Source: a bacterium
GTDB lineage: Bacteria; Actinomycetota; Acidimicrobiia; Spongiisociales; UBA5794
Direction: 5' to 3'
Assembly: GCA_024228555.1 (NCBI GenBank)
Contig: JAAETI010000304.1
Coordinates: forward strand, 6,229 to 70,228
DNA: 64,000 nucleotides
Shown here: positions 60,191 to 64,000 of the stretch, one piece after another
Layout: each line of letters begins with the position of its first letter
Numbering within the stretch: position 1 is the first letter of the stretch
Translations under genes and position numbers: made by a program
The notes under the pieces: generated by a model
Databases searched by the model: none
Told to the model about the DNA's origin: nothing
The model's input: the letters and a program-made list of their open reading frames with translations, nothing else

Positions 60191-60320
60191 GGGAACTCAC
60201 CGAAGGTGAGTTCCTTGCGAGTTCTGCTTTGCAGAACTCGGGGTGGCTTGCGAGTTCGGTGCAACCGACCTCGTGGGAACTCACCGAAGGTGAGTTCCTT
60301 GGCAGTTCCGGAGGAACTGC
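60191..60320. repeat. Array of five palindromic hairpins, including a 27-nt exact direct repeat (REP/BIME-like)
   Basis: gggaactcaccgaaggtgagttccttg at 60191 and 60275; hairpins at 60218-60240, 60251-60273, 60302-60320; all with 3-nt loops. Confidence 0.85.
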
Positions 60321-60375
60321 TGGTTGCGGGGGTTCCGCTTCCAAAAGCTCATCTGACTCCTACAATGCTTCTCCC

Positions 60376-63021
60376 ATGGCACTTTTCAACAGGATTCTTC
60401 GCGTCGGCGAAGGCAAGCAACTAAAAGAACTCGAGAAACTGGCAGTACTGGTCAATTCTCTCGAACCGGAGATCGAACAGCTGACCGACGATCAGCTTCG
60501 AGCGAAGACCGACGAGTTCCGGAAGAGGATCGTCGACGGCGAAACTCTCGATGACATTGAGGCGGAGGCCTTTGCGGTTGTTCGCGAGGCGGCCAGGAGG
60601 GTCCTCGGCGAGCGTCACTATGACGTGCAGGTCGTCGGTGCAGGCGCACTGGCGCGAGGCATGATCGCCGAGATGCGCACCGGTGAGGGCAAAACCCTCG
60701 TTTCGACAATGCCGACCTATCTGAACGCTCTCTCTGGTGGCGGCGTCCACGTCGTCACCGTCAATGACTACCTGGCAAGTCGTGACGCGGAGTGGATGGG
60801 AACCGTCCACAGGTTCCTCGGTCTCGAGATTGGAATCATCCAGGCCGACATGACTCCCGCCGAGCGTCGTCCCGCCTACGCCGCCGACATCACATACGGC
60901 ACGAACAACGAGTTTGGGTTCGACTACCTCCGCGACAACATGACCATGAAGCCCGAAGATATGGTGCAGCGTGGCCACGCCTATGCAATCGTCGATGAGG
61001 TCGACTCGATCCTCATCGATGAAGCGCGGACCCCTCTCATCATCTCCGGTCGCGTCGGTGAAACCGGCAAGTGGTATCGCGACTTTGCCCGTATCGCCAA
61101 CAGCCTGCATCGCGACATCCACTACGAAGTCGACGAGAAGAAGCGCCAGGTCATCACCACCGAAGATGGCGTGCACAAAGTCGAGCAGATTCTCGGCGTT
61201 GAGAACATGTACGACTTCGCCAACGTCGACATGATCCATCACCTCGACGTCGCTTTGAAGGCCAAGGAGCTCTACGAGCGTGATGTGGATTATCTGATTC
61301 GGCAGGGCGAGATCAAGATTGTTGATGAGTTCACTGGGCGCGTGCTCGATGGGCGGCGCTACTCCGAGGGTCTCCACCAGGGTATTGAGGCCAAAGAGGG
61401 CGTCAAGATCAAAGAAGAGAACCAGACGCTGGCCACGATCACGTTGCAGAACTACTTCCGCATGTACGACAAGCTCGCCGGGATGACGGGTACCGCCATC
61501 ACCGAGGCAGGCGAGTTCTACGAGATCTACAAGCTTGAAGTGGTCGAGGTCCCCACCAACCGTCCGATCGCTCGCGCCGACCAACCTGATCTTGTCTATG
61601 TGGATGAAGACGCCAAGTTCGACGCACTTGTTGACGACATCATCGAACACAACGCCAACGGTCAGCCGATTCTCGTGGGTACGGTGTCGATCGAGAAGTC
61701 GGAGCGTCTCTCCGGCCACCTCAACCGACGCGGCATCAAGCACGAGGTGCTCAATGCCAAACAGCACGCTCGGGAAGCACAGATCATCGCCCAGGCCGGC
61801 CAGCCGGGAGCTGTGACCGTCGCCACCAATATGGCTGGTCGTGGTGTCAACATCGCTCTAGGCGGAAACGCTCAGGAGCTGGCGCACGCCGAGATGAGGA
61901 AGCGTGGCATCGAGAAAGATGCCGAGGAGTACGACGACCAGTTCAACGAGCTTGTCGAGGAGTTCTCGATCCACACCGGAGCAGCAAGGGACCAGGTGCT
62001 GGAAGCCGGTGGGCTCTATGTGCTTGGCACAGAGCGTCACGAGTCACGCCGCATCGACAACCAGTTACGGGGTCGTTCCGGCCGTCAGGGCGATCCCGGT
62101 GAGTCACGTTTTTACCTTTCGCTAGAAGACGACCTGATGCGGAGGTTCGCCAACGATCGCGTCGCCTCCATCATGAGTCGACTCAAGATTCCCCGCGAAG
62201 TCCCCATCGAGCACAAGATGGTCAGCAAGGCGATCGAGCGGGCCCAAAACCAGGTCGAGGCGCAGAACTTCGAGATTCGTAAGAACGTCCTGAAGTACGA
62301 CGAGGTGATGAACACCCAGCGCAAGATCATCTACGAATGGCGAAATCAGATCCTCGTCGGCCATAAGACCGAAGAGCTGATCATTGATTGGCGCAATGAG
62401 GTCATTGAGGCCCATGTCCATGGCATGACCGACGGGATTGATCCCGAAGAGTGGGATTGGGATGGATTCACCGAGCGTACGACCTCGATCTACCCGCCGG
62501 GGATCGGCAAGCAATCGTTCGCTCATCCCGGTGACCTGGATGTCGAGGAAGTTGTCGAGGCATATCTGGAGGATGCTGCAAAGACGTATCTCGCCAGGGA
62601 AGAAGACTTGACGCCGGAGGTCTTGCGACGTCTGGAACGGACCGTGACCTTGTCGATTATCGACAACAAGTGGCGGGAACATCTCGCGGAGATGGACTAC
62701 CTGAGATCGGGTATCGGTCTGCGGGCGATGGCACAGAAGGACCCGCTGGTCGAATACCAGCGCGAAGGTTATGACCTCTTCTCGTTGCTGGTTGACTCGG
62801 TCAAGGAGGACACCCTCCGCTATATGTACCATGTCAAAGTGGTTCGGGAAGAGGCCCCGCAACGTCCCACCGCAATCCAGACTTCGGGACCGTCGACCGC
62901 AAAGCGGCGCACGGTACGAGTCAAGGACAAGATTGGGCGCAACGAGCCCTGTCCGTGCAACTCGGGCAAGAAATACAAGATGTGTCACGGCAAACCGGGA
63001 GCAGAGCCGCTGGCGGGATAG
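60376..63021 (+). CDS. secA: Preprotein translocase subunit SecA
   Basis: MRTGEGKT, VTVNDYLA, DEVDSILIDEARTPLIISG, ATNMAGRG, C-terminal GRNEPCPCNSGKKYKMCHG; TACAAT at 60361. Confidence 0.98.
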   Translation: MALFNRILRVGEGKQLKELEKLAVLVNSLEPEIEQLTDDQLRAKTDEFRKRIVDGETLDDIEAEAFAVVREAARRVLGERHYDVQVVGAGALARGMIAEMRTGEGKTLVSTMPTYLNALSGGGVHVVTVNDYLASRDAEWMGTVHRFLGLEIGIIQADMTPAERRPAYAADITYGTNNEFGFDYLRDNMTMKPEDMVQRGHAYAIVDEVDSILIDEARTPLIISGRVGETGKWYRDFARIANSLHRDIHYEVDEKKRQVITTEDGVHKVEQILGVENMYDFANVDMIHHLDVALKAKELYERDVDYLIRQGEIKIVDEFTGRVLDGRRYSEGLHQGIEAKEGVKIKEENQTLATITLQNYFRMYDKLAGMTGTAITEAGEFYEIYKLEVVEVPTNRPIARADQPDLVYVDEDAKFDALVDDIIEHNANGQPILVGTVSIEKSERLSGHLNRRGIKHEVLNAKQHAREAQIIAQAGQPGAVTVATNMAGRGVNIALGGNAQELAHAEMRKRGIEKDAEEYDDQFNELVEEFSIHTGAARDQVLEAGGLYVLGTERHESRRIDNQLRGRSGRQGDPGESRFYLSLEDDLMRRFANDRVASIMSRLKIPREVPIEHKMVSKAIERAQNQVEAQNFEIRKNVLKYDEVMNTQRKIIYEWRNQILVGHKTEELIIDWRNEVIEAHVHGMTDGIDPEEWDWDGFTERTTSIYPPGIGKQSFAHPGDLDVEEVVEAYLEDAAKTYLAREEDLTPEVLRRLERTVTLSIIDNKWREHLAEMDYLRSGIGLRAMAQKDPLVEYQREGYDLFSLLVDSVKEDTLRYMYHVKVVREEAPQRPTAIQTSGPSTAKRRTVRVKDKIGRNEPCPCNSGKKYKMCHGKPGAEPLAG

Positions 63022-63042
63022 CCGTCGACTTGTCTCCACCCC

Positions 63043-63420
63043 TTGAGAACCGTGGGGACTGGAAATAGCCGATCGACGCTTGGCGACGACGGCATAGTTA
63101 CCACTGGTCCGATCGACGACCAGGGTCCCCGGACGGGGGAGATGGTTGCGGAGATCGTGGCGGGTATCAAGACCTTGGTGGGATCGGCGTCACGACCCGT
63201 ATTGCGTATGCCAGATGACACCCGGCTCGAGCCTCGCGGCTGACAGATCCTCACCGAGTTCGTCGCCAGTGTCGCCGTGGCTGTAGCGATTGTTGCGGAC
63301 GACGATGCCCGAGTTCGGCTCGGTGCTTCTCCGGGAATGGCTGATGCGTTGCTGCTCCCGGTCCGGATATTCACCAATGAGGAGGACTCCCATCAGTGGC
63401 TCGGGGCTACTACCATGTGA
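63043..63420 (+). pseudogene. Nonsense-interrupted paralog of the downstream STAS/SpoIIAA-like gene
   Basis: In-frame TGA at 63241-63243; frame continues QILTEFVASVAVAVAIV..LLLPVRIFTNEEDSHQWL, colinear with 63465-63863 where the stop aligns with Trp. Confidence 0.75.
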
Positions 63421-63464
63421 GGTAGCGGAGTCCGAGGTGGGCTCTTGAGATGTTGTGAGTTCGG

Positions 63465-63863
63465 ATGCGTGTTGAGGAAACTCCGTATAACCGGATCACT
63501 CTGTTTGACGACGGCATCATTGAGGCGACCCCGCTGATGCCTCACATTCCGCGTAGGGCAGGCCTGATCGGTGGGGCTCTCGACACAATAGCCCGGCTCG
63601 CCGGCAGCGAGCGCCGCCCTGTCTTGTGGATTCCAACAGGGATACTGCCGTTGCCCCCCGATGCCTGGCAGACCATAGTTGCTCGTGTTGAGCGGATTGT
63701 GTCGGCTCTTGCCATCGTTGTTGATCCAGAAGATGAGCCTCTTCTGGGTGCTTTCCCTGCCTCGATCGACTCGCTCTTGATTCCAGCCCGTGTGTTCAAC
63801 GACCGGGCCGATGCCCGGGAGTGGCTGTTGCAGTTCGTCGACACTGGCGAGGGTTCCGGCTAG
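63465..63863 (+). CDS. STAS/SEC14 (SpoIIAA-like) domain hypothetical protein
   Basis: DDGII, RPVL, ALAIVV, PARVFNDRADAREWL C-terminal signature. Confidence 0.7.
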   Translation: MRVEETPYNRITLFDDGIIEATPLMPHIPRRAGLIGGALDTIARLAGSERRPVLWIPTGILPLPPDAWQTIVARVERIVSALAIVVDPEDEPLLGAFPASIDSLLIPARVFNDRADAREWLLQFVDTGEGSG

Positions 63864-63912
63864 GTACTCAAGCGAACGCACCAAGTGAGTTCGCAGCTAC
63901 CATCGCAGCTCC

Positions 63913-64000
63913 ATGAACGAGATTGACCCAAGAGCACGTTTAGAGGAACTCCGTTCGCGTCTTGATGACGCAAGGAGGTTCCTTTGACGTCGCAGGCAAG
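63913..64000 (+). CDS. prfB: Peptide chain release factor 2, 5' part, with programmed +1 frameshift
   Basis: ATG, 24 codons, AGG AGG TTC CTT TGA C: internal SD plus CTT TGA slippery site at the canonical position; lies downstream of secA. Confidence 0.88.

Noticed and set aside
60191-60301. 27-nt palindromic direct repeat as a mini CRISPR array
   Set aside because: Only two copies, the 57-nt spacer is itself made of related hairpins, and no cas genes are in the window
63241-63243. Genome-wide TGA recoding (Trp/Gly/Sec)
   Set aside because: Many intact genes end in TGA, the prfB frameshift relies on TGA as stop, and the aligned residue is Trp rather than Cys

Overview
High-GC bacterial chromosomal segment. 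Gene content and synteny (cofE/cofD, DUF5719-DUF3499-PMM-ahcY-comF-hpf-response regulator-secA, many apparently leaderless promoters, Cys-containing SLH repeats) point to Actinomycetota, most likely Acidimicrobiia (inference). Layout: (1) 1-11.4 kb housekeeping: ABC transporter, PBP1A, methylmalonyl-CoA mutase, acyl-CoA carboxylase, birA and a Thr-rich membrane protein. (2) 11.4-42.5 kb, a large cell-surface polysaccharide locus: two Wzx-like flippases, a Wzy-like polymerase, two Wzc-like copolymerases, GT2/GT4 enzymes, a CsaB-like pyruvyltransferase, a TagA-family transferase, a priming transferase, ugd, gmd/fcl and an ArnA/UAXS-like SDR, with three secreted SLH-domain proteins and asnS embedded. 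(3) 42.6-64 kb, a conserved actinobacterial block through secA and the 5' end of prfB with a programmed +1 frameshift. The best candidate for an undescribed system is a pyruvylated wall polysaccharide with co-encoded, probably disulfide-bonded, SLH-anchored surface enzymes in an actinobacterium. Other oddities: a Walker-A-dead Wzc paralog, a PMM-Trm112 fusion, an AAA-less M41 pseudo-protease, a triloop-hairpin array, a structured hpf leader and a nonsense-interrupted tandem paralog after secA. No rRNA, tRNA, CRISPR or transposase was recognised. All family calls are by eye from motifs, not from database searches.
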